Assembly: GCA_008632985.1 (NCBI GenBank)
Contig: QPGO01000139.1
Coordinates: 62,001 to 126,000, forward strand
Direction: 5' to 3'
Source of the DNA: Psammoneis japonica
Lineage: Eukaryota
Length of the DNA: 64,000 bases
Shown here: positions 25,764 to 37,263 of the stretch, in pieces
Numbering within the stretch: the first letter of the stretch is position 1
How the letters are laid out: every line of letters starts with the position of its first letter
Position numbers and translations under genes: made by a program
The notes under the pieces: generated by a model
What the model saw: only the letters and a program-made list of their open reading frames with translations
The model's database searches: none
What the model was told of the DNA's origin: nothing

Positions 25764-26312
25764 ATGAGCTTTATTCTCTTCGTTCTTGTTTTTGCTCCCA
25801 TCACTTCTGTATGGTCGTGGACGATTCGAATTCCTGGCGGAGGCAAGGTCTCTCTTGATAATTCCGGTGTGCTCCGCATCCAGACTCGACCGGTTGAAAC
25901 CCCTTCGATCCCTGAATCTCCACCGGATGCACGTGTCTTAACTTCTATTCAGATTCGAGATACGGGAACTGTAAAGGGTTTTGGGGCATACTGTACAAAG
26001 CCTCTTGATAAATTTACATTCCTCGGGCTATATGAAGGGAAGAGAGTGTCGAGCATTGACGAATGTGCTAACAAGGACTACATTATGAGTCTAGATGGTG
26101 GAGTGACGTTTCTAGATGGCTATCAGCGTGCTCAGAATCGAACGGTTTTCACTCCAGCACATCTCAACCATGCGGATAGCGGGAATTGTATGAGGGTATT
26201 AGAAGATGAGAGGGTTGCTTTCTTCACATCTAGATCCGTTGACGCTGGGGAAGAGCTCTGTTTTGACTACGGGTCAAACTACTGGATGGGACGGTCACAG
26301 CACAAGATTTGA
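25764..26312 (+). CDS. Small SET-domain protein with a predicted signal peptide
   Basis: KGFGAY, FLGLYEG, HLNHAD and FFTSRSVDAGEELCFDYGSNYW. Hydrophobic N-terminus MSFILFVLVFAPITSVWSW. Confidence 0.85.
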   Translation: MSFILFVLVFAPITSVWSWTIRIPGGGKVSLDNSGVLRIQTRPVETPSIPESPPDARVLTSIQIRDTGTVKGFGAYCTKPLDKFTFLGLYEGKRVSSIDECANKDYIMSLDGGVTFLDGYQRAQNRTVFTPAHLNHADSGNCMRVLEDERVAFFTSRSVDAGEELCFDYGSNYWMGRSQHKI

Positions 26313-26454
26313 AAATGTTCTATCCATGATTGTCATCGCTGAAATCCGTTGACGCTGGGGAAGAGCTCTGTTTTGTCTGCGGGTCAAACTACTGGATGGG
26401 ACGGTCACAGCACAAGATTTGAAAATGTTCTATCCATGGTTGTCATCGGCTGAA
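26234..26454 (+). repeat. 110-bp tandem duplication of the SET gene 3' end and stop codon
   Basis: atccgttgacgctggggaagagc...gtcatcg(g)ctgaa at 26234 and 26344. Confidence 0.95.
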
Positions 26455-29400
26455 AAGACCCTAATGGATGGAGGAAGACCGTTGCTCTTGCAGTTACTCT
26501 CGTTGAGGTTCGGATCGCGGTCAGCACCACAGGTGAAGATCACAAAAGAAGGGAAATCCTGCCGGCAGCGCCAACTATACTGTATCCAAGAATCTTTGGT
26601 GGGTGGGTGAGCACAAGGCGTGAATTGTGCAATTTAGAGCAATTGTGAAATCTAGTAGAACAGCGTTGCCACGTTTTCGAATTCCCTCTTGACTCATCAG
26701 CTTCCTCAAACCTTGCCATTTTTGAGCAACACACCACACACCAGAAACGTAAAGCAGAGCATTGCCCTCTCCATGCTAGATTTTACAGATGCATGCGTAG
26801 TCGCGATTTCTGAACTACTCGTATCATTAGATGCCCCGAAGAACAAGTTTTGAACAAAATGAATGTGAGCTACGGCACTTTTTCATGGTGTCTACAAGTT
26901 CAAGCTTGCTTCGGCATCTTGTCAGACAGCGGTCAAGATCACATGAGCTCCTTTCCAGCACCCTGTCCAACTTATTCTGGAAATGTTTCTCATTCTAAAG
27001 CTCCACAGATTTTTCTGGTCAACCACGAACACGTGAGAATTCCAATGGACCCTCATGAAGGTCAGGTGGGCCAATGCTGACAACCCTCAAATGAACTCAA
27101 ACCAACTGCCCATGGGCCAAATGGTTTACAAAATCATGAAGGCGCCCACTGAAGCACAGCTTTGAAAGGATGGCCACTGCCAACCATGGTCTTCAAAGCG
27201 CAGCTGCAAACAGCAAAAGCAAATGGATGTTGCTGAACAGATGGCAGCCAGGACCACAGAGGAAACCAGCAAGAACCCTGGTGGAGCACAACAAAACTGG
27301 TGCAACCACATTGTGCCCATGACAAAACACATCTCATCACACTTGGTTGCAAGAACCAAGAATCCGCCCCCAATGGCCATGGCAGCAATTTGTGCTTGCT
27401 CCATTTTGACTTTGGAGCAGGGTGAAAGACACCACCCAAAGCCAATCTTGGCACCCCACAACACCAATGGACAGGAAATCCCAGAAAACCATGCCAAAAA
27501 GCATGCACAAGAGGCAAAATGGTGCAACAAACATGCTGCCATGAAGTGCTTCAGCAGCCCAGTGTGCACTTTGTTTCTTGCCCTCACTGTCACACATTTT
27601 GTCAATCTTGTTTGCCCTCACACAGCCATGCCACATCCTCTGACAGGGGGGGGGGGGCACAAAGAGCAAATGCTGCCAAGAGCAATGTGACAAGCAGGCA
27701 TTGCCCACAGCTGCTGCATGGCCAAACATGATGAACATCCTGAAGTTGTCACCAAGATTGCAGCAATGCAAAGATTTGCACTGTTTTCAACATGCACCAA
27801 ACGAAGTGACAGGAAGAATTGCTGAGGCTGAAAGACATTTCCGCGCAAATGCTTCCCCATGCCTCATCCTGCTTGCCTTCCTCTTGCAACATCTTTTTCC
27901 ATTTCTGCAGATTTTGACCAAAGCATTTGCAGCAACCCTGCTCATGACCAGCATGCATGTGAAAGAGTTGAGCATGCTGAGAAAAAGTGCACAGCAGCTG
28001 CTGTCAGGGCAACCCAATGAAGCACACATTCTGCCAATCCTTCCAGGGAGCTCATTGTGAACTCTGTCAAGTTGACAGGAAAGTGCTGCAAAGCGCAACC
28101 TTCCTGTTGAAAAACTTCAAAATTGTTGATGTCTGGATGTGGCTGTGGGTGGACTGTTGCAATGTTCCTTTCTGCAGCAACTGCTTGCATGGCATGGTGG
28201 AAGCAAAAATTTGCCCAGCACGTCCCTTTGGCACCGGCAATTTGTTGTGTGTGATGCTGGCAAGGTGAGCATCAAATCCAGCTCTGCAAACTCTTTCAAA
28301 AGCACTGGGACCTTTCTGACATGACAAATTTGAAATGACTGCAGCATGGGGTGGCCCACTTGGCTGACTCTGAAGACAGGGTGGGGCCACAAACACTCTC
28401 AGCTGGCACCCCCAATGTCGCACATTTCAGCTCTCTGCTTCACACCAAGAGTTGGATCTTGTCCAACTTAAAGTGATGCAGACATCATTGCAGCTCAATT
28501 AATTTGTGCAAAACATGCAGATGTGCAGCACTCATCTTCATGCTGCCCTGCCAAATGGTGCACAGGGGGTGCTCTTCTTGACAAAAAGAATGTTTGAAAG
28601 AGCACTGCTTTGCAAGCTTGTCTGTCTGTGGCCCTCAAATTTGGCGCTGATGGTGGCAGAGTGACACAGAGCATCTTTTGCATTTGCAAATGCTTGTAAA
28701 CCTGTGCTGTGTCACAGGTGTGTGGGAATCTTTTGGATCTCAGCACATTGGCAGCAACACAAATTTGCTCATGATCATGACAACCTTGAGGCTTTGTGCC
28801 TGGAAACAGAGCTCCTTCAGAAAACCCAGCCTGCTCCTTTTGAGAACTGCCCCAGTTTGCTTCTTGCTTTGAAGATGACAATTTTTCAGCACAGCAGCTT
28901 CCTGGGTGTTGCTCACTTCATCTGCACACCCTGCTTCTTGCCAAGCTGCACACACATTTTGCAGCTCTCACCCTCTCTGGCCCATGCACTTTTTTCTTTT
29001 TGCCCTGGTTTTGCAAGCACCCAGCCAGCGCTGTTCAGCTTTTGCCTGCACTTTTGCTCAAAGGACCCAGAGATGAAGCAGAAATGATGGAAGACAATGC
29101 AGTGCAGAGTGCCAGTGCAAAAGCTTGCATTGCTTGAAGATGAGACACTCTTGAGCTGTTTGGATGAAACAACACTTTTTTGAGACAATGAAGCTTTGAA
29201 ACAAATCTACATTGAACCATGACAAAGAGCATCATCTGCACAATGACCTGAAAAGCATTGAGGTGTTGTGACAGATGCAATTCATTGCCCATCATCAACA
29301 CATCAACAAACAAACAACCCACATGAGCAAGACAGTTCTGGGTTGTGATGGCAGGCCTCACAGTCTTGTGAATTTTGTCAGCAATGAACACATCATAAAA

Positions 29401-29521
29401 CAGTTTTGCCCAACCACTGACCATCGCATGAGCAGTGTCAACCCATGCGGCACCAGGGGCAAGCGCCACCTCTTGCTTTTTTCACCTCCACCACAAATGC
29501 ACAAGTCTTGACACTTTGACA

Positions 29522-30250
29522 ATGGGCATCAAAGACATGTGGAAGGAGGCGCTTGGAGCATCAATGCGGCACTGTCTGTGCCCTTTGGCATTGCCAAGGA
29601 CAGCATTGTCTGTGTGGCTCACAAAAACTGCCACAGCAAGCGCAATGAAGGCATTGCACAATGTTTGATGTCACAGCCACCGCATCCACCAACTGGGCTG
29701 CTGTTGTCTCTTCAGCCCATGCATCACAAGCTTGTTGCTGATGGCATTGTGCCGCGTTGTGCATTTGATGGATGCCATTGTCCTGTGAAGAGTGTTGCTT
29801 GAGCCGCACACAACAAAAAGACAGTCAAGGCTCAGAATTGGATGTGAGACTTTGTCAGCCGGGCAGGCTCTGCTGAAAAGCCTGGATGGAGCCAGAAGGT
29901 GTCAAGCATGAGTGTGCTCCTTTCAAGGTGGAGCATCACCTTGTGAAATTGGAGGCAGAAGGTTGGATTGACAGAGTTGTGACTGAAGACAGAGATGCAA
30001 CAATTTTGTGCACAAAGGTTGTTTGTTTTAAAGTTGACCTGAGAAATGGAAAGTGGAAAGTGTGCAAAAGGGATGCATTGCCAGATCAATGTCCAATGTC
30101 AAAATGCAAACTTGAAGACTGACCAGCTGTGGCCAATTTGCTTGGATCTGATTGCAACAAAAAAAATCAACAACATTGGATTTTTGTGCATCTTCACCAA
30201 GATTCTTCCTGGCTGAACAGATTTCTTAGGCAAAGCTTTGGACAAGGCCA
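29522..30250 (+). pseudogene. Decayed XPG/EXO1/FEN1-family nuclease
   Basis: MGIKDMWK start, LSVWL, GIVPRCAFDGCHCPVK (VFDG..P.K) and GVKHECAPFKVEHHLVKLEAEGWIDRVVTEDRD (APYEAE..TEDSD). Frameshifted. Confidence 0.72.
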
Positions 30251-30379
30251 TCAGAGAAGCACTTCCCTTGTTTTGGTGGTCTGGAATGCCTGCTGATGCA
30301 CCAGTGGATTCAATCACACGGCATCTCTGTTCAGGCATTGTCCTGTGCTTGATGCCGAAGGAAGTCTGGGGCCACTGAA

Positions 30380-31950
30380 TGCACTGCAACCAACAGAATG
30401 AAGGGTGTGGGGCTCTGTGGTTGGTTCTGGGAAACCAGATCTGGCAGATCTGCTGCCAGCTGCAGCAGCAGTGCCCAGACTGTGGAAGGGCTTGGCAATC
30501 CAATGGTCCAACATTCTTGACAGGCCAACCTTTGCAAGAGTTTTTGACTCCAAAGCACAGCACAGCAGAAAATGATGAGGCAGTGGGACAAGTGCTTCCA
30601 TGGTTTGCACACTTGAATTTTGATTTGATGCCTGTGGAGTGCCTCGTGACTGATGTGCTCAATGTTGGACACCTGCGTGACGTGGATGCCCAGCTGTCAG
30701 TGACTGTGAGGCAGTTGAGGCTGCCACATCTGAACTGAGAGTCCATGATGCACAAGTGTTGGAGCCTGAAAATGTTCCCATTCAGAATTCAGATTGGGCA
30801 ATGGCTGGTTCACAAGGTGCTGGAACTGGCAGATGCATCTGAGGGTTGGGATCGTGATTGTCACTTTGAAAAAGTTGCTGAATTGGAACCCTGCAATGGC
30901 TCAAAGCTGGAACACTTCCATCCAAAGGGTGATGAACACAATCTTGAACGGGGGCTTCCATTGCTCCAAGGCAGGAGTTTGCTTGTGAATGCAATTCAAT
31001 TCAAGCATTTTTGGGCACTTGCAGATGGCACAATCATTTGGTTGTTCAAGCTGCACTGCATTCCTTCCATGAAAACTGAAATCATCTCATCCAACTTGGA
31101 ATCACTGAATCTAAGAAAATTCAAACAGGATGCACCCTCCATGCTGGCTTTGATGGAGAAACTAAGAACACTTGTCATGCTGTGGGTGCTGTGATGGACA
31201 GGGCATGTGCTTGCACACGATTGCAGTGCTGCCAATGTTTTGACAAATTCAAAGGTGTTGCAGCAGAGAGACATTTGAGAGGCAGGGCGATGCCCAAGTT
31301 GCCACTTGACCAATTCCCAATGCCAATTGAATGACTTGCGTTTCAAGAGACAAAAATCATGTCATGGCCCAAGCAGCTTTCTCAGATGGAAACAAAAGAC
31401 AACAATGGCAGCTGCAACGACAACAATGACACCATCAACAATTGCAATGGCAGTGACAGCAATGGCAACAGCAACAATGGCAACAGCCACAATGCAAGTT
31501 TTGAGAAAAAAACCATGCAGCACCACAGCGCCCTTTCTTTCCAAGTGACACCCGCACACTTGGTTGTTGCAGGCACTTCTGGCAACAACCATGCCCACGC
31601 ACTTTGTGACTGCAGAAGATGTTCCAGCAATGATGACACCCATGGACTTCACCACTGCAGGTGTTCCAGCAATGACAATGCCTGTTCTGCACTGCTTGTT
31701 TAAACCTCAGAGACACTGCTCATTTGGTGTCTGCAGAGACAACTGTGCTGCTTGTTTAAACCCCAAACACTCCAGCAGTTGCCAAGGAGACCACTGTCCC
31801 CACCTGGCTTGTGGAGTGGCAAACCAAGGTTCATTTCCACATGGCCCCAATCCAGCATGCAGTGCACAAGGCAAATGTCACAGGAGTGTGGTCACTGCCC
31901 ATCCAATGAAGCAAGTCCCAATGGAACTCCTTCATCATTTCAACATGCAC
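30380..31950 (+). mobile_element. Possible LTR-retrotransposon gag-like remnant with an N/G-rich linker
   Basis: DGTIIWLFKL...LESLNLRKFKQD followed by an NNGS..NGNSNNG low-complexity tract. Resemblance only. Confidence 0.35.
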
Positions 31951-31989
31951 ACTGAACATGCATCAGCGGAGAATCTTGCCATCACGCAG

Positions 31990-33316
31990 TTGATGCAAAT
32001 GCCAAAACAACTTCAGCTCTTGCAGAAACGACTCTGGTGAATTTTGAGAAGACAAATCCAGAGCTTTCAGGCTCACATCTTGCATGCAATTTTTGTCTTC
32101 TTGAAGCATGCTGATTGCTTTGGCACTCCTGGCTTCTCACAGCTTGGCTGTCTGTGCCATCATTTTCACTCAATTGCCAGCTTCATCTCAACAAATTCAT
32201 CAGGCATTTCCTTTTTAAAATGCTCATGAGGCATCAGAAGGATGGACAAGACTTTGCCGCATGTGCCCCACCTTGGTGCCCATTTGTTGACACAGTTCAT
32301 TGCAGTTGCACACGTGACACCAAGCTCCTGAGCAACAACCTTCCACACTGGACAATGATGAACAAAGTGCTTCACCATTGACAGCTGCTCAAACTGACTT
32401 GGGCATTCTGGGAGGTGCACTTGAACATTCCTTCGTTCTTGTCAAGATGGATTTTGGGAAACTCCAAAGGGGTGTCAGAAAAGAAGGATTGAACATGGAG
32501 CTTGAGCTCTTGACATGTGGCAAACCCAAACATGTCCTTGGCTGCATTCGGGTTGCTCTTGTGCTGAGATTCCAAAGTCAGCTGGGCTGTTTTGCTGCAC
32601 TGCCATCAAGAAAATCTGTCATCAGTTGCTTGACATCCACTGACAAATGACTGTGTCCTGTGCAGCAGCAAGTGCTCTCTTCTGCATGGCCGCTGTTGAA
32701 GAGCTGTTGTTCGTCATGCTCAAAGTGCCCACACACGGTGACACATTTTCTTTGTTTGCACTCTCTTGTTCTCTTTCATTGACATGATCACCAAATGAAT
32801 GTCTTTCATGTGATTCCTTGCAATTGTCAAGCTTGGCAAAAGCAGCTTTTTGTTCCCCTTGACAACGCTCCTGCTGCCTTGGTTCGATCACTTCATTTTG
32901 GCTTGAGTTGATTTTCTCTCTTGGGACACCGGGGCAGAGAAAGAGTCAAGGCTTCTTGTTTTTTATGTCAAAGAGAAGCATTTGTTGGGGTTGTGTGGTG
33001 AAATCTTTGCAAGTTCTGATGGTCTCAATGGAGTGGACGCTTCTTGCCCTTGTCGAAGTGACTCATTTGCGATGCCGTCCAATGGTGCCTGGCAATGGGA
33101 GCACACTTCAAATCCCCCATGTGTCCATCGATTCCAAGATTGGTCAGCACAGCCTCTCTTGAAACAAAATGGACTTGTCAGAGTTCCCAGAGAGATCCAG
33201 CCATTTGCATCTGCTGGCACGCGGCTCAGCTTCTCCTGCTTCGACGGCACTCCAGGCCCCAACTGCATGCGCAGCAATGTCATTCTCTTCCCTGTGGATG
33301 GCGGTGTGGATGCCAT
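31990..33316 (-). mobile_element. ISL2EU/PIF-Harbinger-like transposase remnant (THAP-like, HTH, start of DDE)
   Basis: HCCACSWGLEC...IARHHW (THAP-like), VAQELGVTCATAMNCVNKWAPRW (HTH) and NDGTD (first catalytic Asp of DDE_Tnp_4). Confidence 0.55.
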
Positions 33317-33587
33317 TGTCGACTTATGCCACAGATGACTTTACGGGTCCGTCGTCGATTGTGATGGATGCCCCAGAAAATCCATTTTGTTCATCTTTCA
33401 TCTTTCGCGTTGTGGCAGCGATTCGATTTTTAGCAACAGTGGCATCGATGGAGATAAACAAATAAACACTTCATAACCCAAATGACTAACAAGACTCAAA
33501 ATGTTTATCGTACACAGTATTTTTTGTCGATTTTTGCGGGCGGAAGCTGGAACGAAGCAGGAAGCAACCAAAAAAACGCGTTGCAAG

Positions 33588-34349
33588 ATGAAGCCCGCAA
33601 CGCGAGAACATACCGGGCTCAGCCTTGTGGCATACCTTACTTCACAGGTCTTTGCTGTCGTGGTGCTTGTGGTGGTTGCCATGGCAGCGTACGGATTTCG
33701 CGACATCAACGACGCTTTGGCATTTTATGGCGTCTATCATCGTGAACCCATGAATCAGTTCATTCATTTTTTTGGCGTTCCTCTGATTATCTGGACCTTG
33801 TTCATCCTTGCGTCATTCTTGCCCATACCCGTCGTGGATCGTTATTTTCAAATAAAGATACCATTTACACCGACACACTCCGTCACATACGCCACGATCG
33901 CGGCTTTGGGGTATGCTGCATTTTATATAAAGATTGATCCTTTTGGTGGTTTGCTGTACTCTCCCGTGCTCTATGCCATGTATGCTTCGGCTACGACCAT
34001 GGCTGTCAACGATCTAGCAGAGGGAGAACTTAAGCGAGAAAAAGAAAAAAGCTCGAACATTGGTTGGACTGGTACAGGCAAAGTTATGAAAACTGCGCTT
34101 CTTCTTCATGTGTTGGCTTGGTACATTCAGATTCATCCGGGTCATGCTGTGTTTGAGGGTGCCAAGCCAGCGCTCATGGATAGCTTTGGTGGTGCTTTAA
34201 CGTCGGCACCGCTATTTGCGTTTTACGAGGGGCTTTGGTTTTTGGGGATTAACCTTCCACTGCAGGAGCAAACACATGCCCTTGTAGCCAAATACACCGC
34301 AGAGCTGTGTGCTGCTGGTGCAACGATGCGCGTGTGTGCTAGTGTTTAG
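33588..34349 (+). CDS. Mpo1-like / DUF962 ER membrane protein
   Basis: FYGVYHREPMNQFIHFFGVPLI and AWYIQIHPGHAVFEGAKPALMDS...APLFAFYE. Confidence 0.88.
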   Translation: MKPATREHTGLSLVAYLTSQVFAVVVLVVVAMAAYGFRDINDALAFYGVYHREPMNQFIHFFGVPLIIWTLFILASFLPIPVVDRYFQIKIPFTPTHSVTYATIAALGYAAFYIKIDPFGGLLYSPVLYAMYASATTMAVNDLAEGELKREKEKSSNIGWTGTGKVMKTALLLHVLAWYIQIHPGHAVFEGAKPALMDSFGGALTSAPLFAFYEGLWFLGINLPLQEQTHALVAKYTAELCAAGATMRVCASV

Positions 34350-34671
34350 ACGTACCGTCGGGTTGGCCCAAAACACAGATATAATGTGACAATTCCATAT
34401 CCATCCGTCAACGCAATTGATCCTAACAGTAGTAGTAGGCAACTCTTGAAGCAAAAAAGAGCGCATAGACTATGCAGAAAGTGTCTCAGTGTAAAGTTCT
34501 TATGAGACACAGAGTCCTTTCGCCGGTTGCTATTGCGAGTGTTGAACGAAGCCCGAGAGATTCGACGGCAGAGAGAATTCTTTGCTTTCAACTCCGAAGA
34601 ATGATATATACGCGCTAGTACCTTCGACACGGTGTTGTGCTGTAACAAAGTTACAAATTTTGAATCATACA

Positions 34672-34849
34672 GAGGAAGCAAGCTAGATCGATGGGGTGGT
34701 GCCAAACTGTTTTATGACAAGGGAGTTAGACACACTTCATAGATGAACAAGAATCAACCCACTGCATGAAACATGCTAATCGTGTGTGAATGATGAGGGG
34801 GGGCTGTGTACAAAATTTGAGACCAATTCGGACATGCGCAAGATTCCGC
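34672..34849 (+). repeat. About 180-bp direct repeat, copy 1 (copy 2 at 38917-39096), flanking a hypermutated block
   Basis: gatcgatggggtg...aagggagttagacacacttcatagatga...gtgtacaaaatttgagaccaattcggacatgc is shared by both copies. Confidence 0.9.
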
Positions 34850-35487
34850 TACATTGGGCAGGGCCCTAGGAACTGAGTGCTCGACTAGTCGGATGTGCAA
34901 TGATGTCCAATGACCCAACATTTGTCTTGACTTTTGAAGACAGATGAGACAGGCTAAATCTCAAGTCACAAGCCTGCATCCCAAGGAGAATTGCAAATGG
35001 GATCCATCACAAGGAAAAGGAAAAATTGTTTGCACGAGATCATGGTGGATTGTTGGGTTTTTGCGTTCTGCCTTGGTTTGATGTTTGTCTCCACGCTGGG
35101 CACAGATGCAAAGTTCACACCTTGGCAAAGTGCGGTCAGAGTCTGCACCCCGTGCCAGAGCATCCTTTGATCTGTCCACTCATCACACCCAACGATTTGA
35201 CATCACACTGGGTTGCATCATTTTTCCCAGCTGCTGCTTCCTCAGCACTGATTTGCTTTGTTCCACTGCCAGAGAGAGAGATGGAGAGAGAGAGAGCTCT
35301 GTTGGCAACCAGGTTGCACCCAGTGTGAAGATTTGAGTCAGAAGTCAGGGGCAGAAATGCTCGTGCCAATGCAAAGCTTGGGAGGTTGAGCAAGCTGAGG
35401 ATGCTTGGGGTGCCCATGTCAAGGTCCTCAAGGCAACTGGCAAACAACAAAATGACTGGTCAAGTCAAGAGAGAGATTTGTGTTGCT

Positions 35488-37263
35488 TGACAGGATTTGA
35501 GCAGGATTTGGGTGCGCACGAAATGTCACGTGCTGTTTAGTTTGCCGCGCACAGTTTTGTGTGCTCTTCAGTTCCGCGCGCATGCGCGATGCAGTTTGCT
35601 TTGAGCCACACGGCTCACAAGAACAACAACAGTGGCCCGATCACACCGACTTGCACGTCTTTTGGCTCCTGTGACGGTCTCTGAGCAGAGACTCATCTGC
35701 CATTTAGACAGCAGCAAGGAGTCATTGTTTGAGTTCTTGCCATTTGCCTTCAATTTCTGTCAGATTGCCTGAAGTCTAGTGCCTCGAGACTGGGCCTCCT
35801 GGCTGGATGCCCCAAGTCTCGTACCTTGAGACCAAGCCTCCTGACTGGATGCCCCAAGTCTCATGCCTTGAGACTGGGCCTCCTGGTTGGATGCCCCAAG
35901 TCTCACACCTCGAGACCAGCCCCCCTGGCTGGATGCCCCAAGTCTCGTACCTCGAGACCAGGCCTCCTGATTGGATGCCCCAAGTCTCGCACCTTGAGAC
36001 TGGGCCTCCTGGTTGGATGCCCCAAGTCTTGCACCTTGAGACCAGGCCTCCTGGTTGGATCCCTCAAGTCTTGCGCCACAAGACTCGGCCTCCGGATTGG
36101 ATCCCTCAAGTCTTGCACCACGAGACTCGGCCTCCCAATTGGATCCTTCAAGTCTCATGCCTCGAGAGACCAGGTCTCCTGATTGGATGTCCCAAGTCTC
36201 GTGCCCCGATGCTGGGCCTCCTGATCGGATGCCTCAAGTCTCCTGCATCGAGACTGGGCCTCCAGATTGGATCCTCCACATCTCATGCCTCAAGACTCGG
36301 CCTCCGGATTGGATCCCTCAAGTCTTGCGCCACGAGACTCGGCCTCCGGATGGGATCCCTCAAGTCTTGCACCATGAGATGTCTTGCTCCAATCCAATCC
36401 CCAAAGGCTTGCACCTTGAGACTCGTTCCTCCAATTGGATCAGTCTCTCAGGAGATGCAGCTGAGCTTGCAATCGGATTGGTGGAACACAAGACCACCGC
36501 TTGTGCCTTTGAACTCATGCTTGCTCTGTTCCCCGAGTCGTGCAAACGCCATGCCACCCTGCTCGAGCACTGCTCTGTTTTTCCAGCAGCAGCCCAGTGT
36601 GGCAACCGTTCCAAGAACCAACAGACGGCTGTCAGTCTTTGCGACCTTCACTCAGGGAGTGAAGGTGATGTCAACTTGTTTGCATTGTCCTGCAATGTTG
36701 CCCCGCTGTTCAACATTGTCAACCAGACCAAGCTTTGCTCCCTCCATTGCAAGTGTGGATGTGGAGTCCCACAAGATCCCAAGTGTGCCTTGAGCTTTGA
36801 AAAGCACAACGGCATCTGCAATTGGGGAGACACAGCTCATCTCAAGATGACCCACTTGGAGAATGCAACGTTGCTCCAAGATCTTGATCCTTTCTTGTCT
36901 CCTCGTGTTTTGGTGCTTTGACTCCAAAGTTCTTTAGTCAATCCGAAGTTGAATCTGTTTCTGTGACTCTTCAAGCAAACTGGGGAGTGACAGGATTTGA
37001 ACAGGATTTGGGTGCGCGCGAAATGTCGCGTGCTGTTTAGTTTGCCGCGCACAGTTTTGTGTGCTCTTCAGTTCGGCGTGCACGCGCGATGCAGTTTGCT
37101 TTCGAGCCACACGGCTCACAAGAACAATGACAGCAGCCCGATTGTGCCGACTCACACGTCTTTCGGCTCCTGCAACGGTCTCTGAGCAGAGACTCATCTG
37201 CCATTTAGACAGCAGCAAGGAGTTGTTGTTTGAATTCTTGCCATTTGCCTTCAATTTCTGTCA
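35488..37263 (+). mobile_element. Internally deleted copia-derived LTR element, 1776 bp, LTRs 35488-35762 and 36988-37263, 5-bp TSD TTGCT
   Basis: LTRs read TGACAG...CTGTCA. TTGCT lies at 35483-35487 and 37264-37268. PPT-like ggggag precedes the 3' LTR. Internal HCKCGCGVPQDPKCALSFEKHNGICNW resembles the CoDi pre-RT YKYGYEVPR...ALxxDxxNG..W motif. Confidence 0.92.
35786..36447 (+). repeat. 42-bp minisatellite, about 16 units, inside the LTR element
   Basis: Unit gagactgggcctcctggYtggatgccccaagtctYRYRcctt, translating as MPQVS[YCHR]LETxPPxW. Confidence 0.95.

Larger units (their letters stand above)
27080..33340. mobile_element. About 6.3-kb hypermutated transposon block
   Basis: TG/CA-rich and TA/CG-poor. 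Contains XPG-like, gag-like and DDE remnants. Confidence 0.8.

Noticed and set aside
35786..36447. 42-bp repeat as a CRISPR array or a real repeat protein (328-aa ORF)
   Set aside because: No unique spacers and no cas genes. The locus is eukaryotic, and the repeat lies inside an LTR element and is frameshifted.
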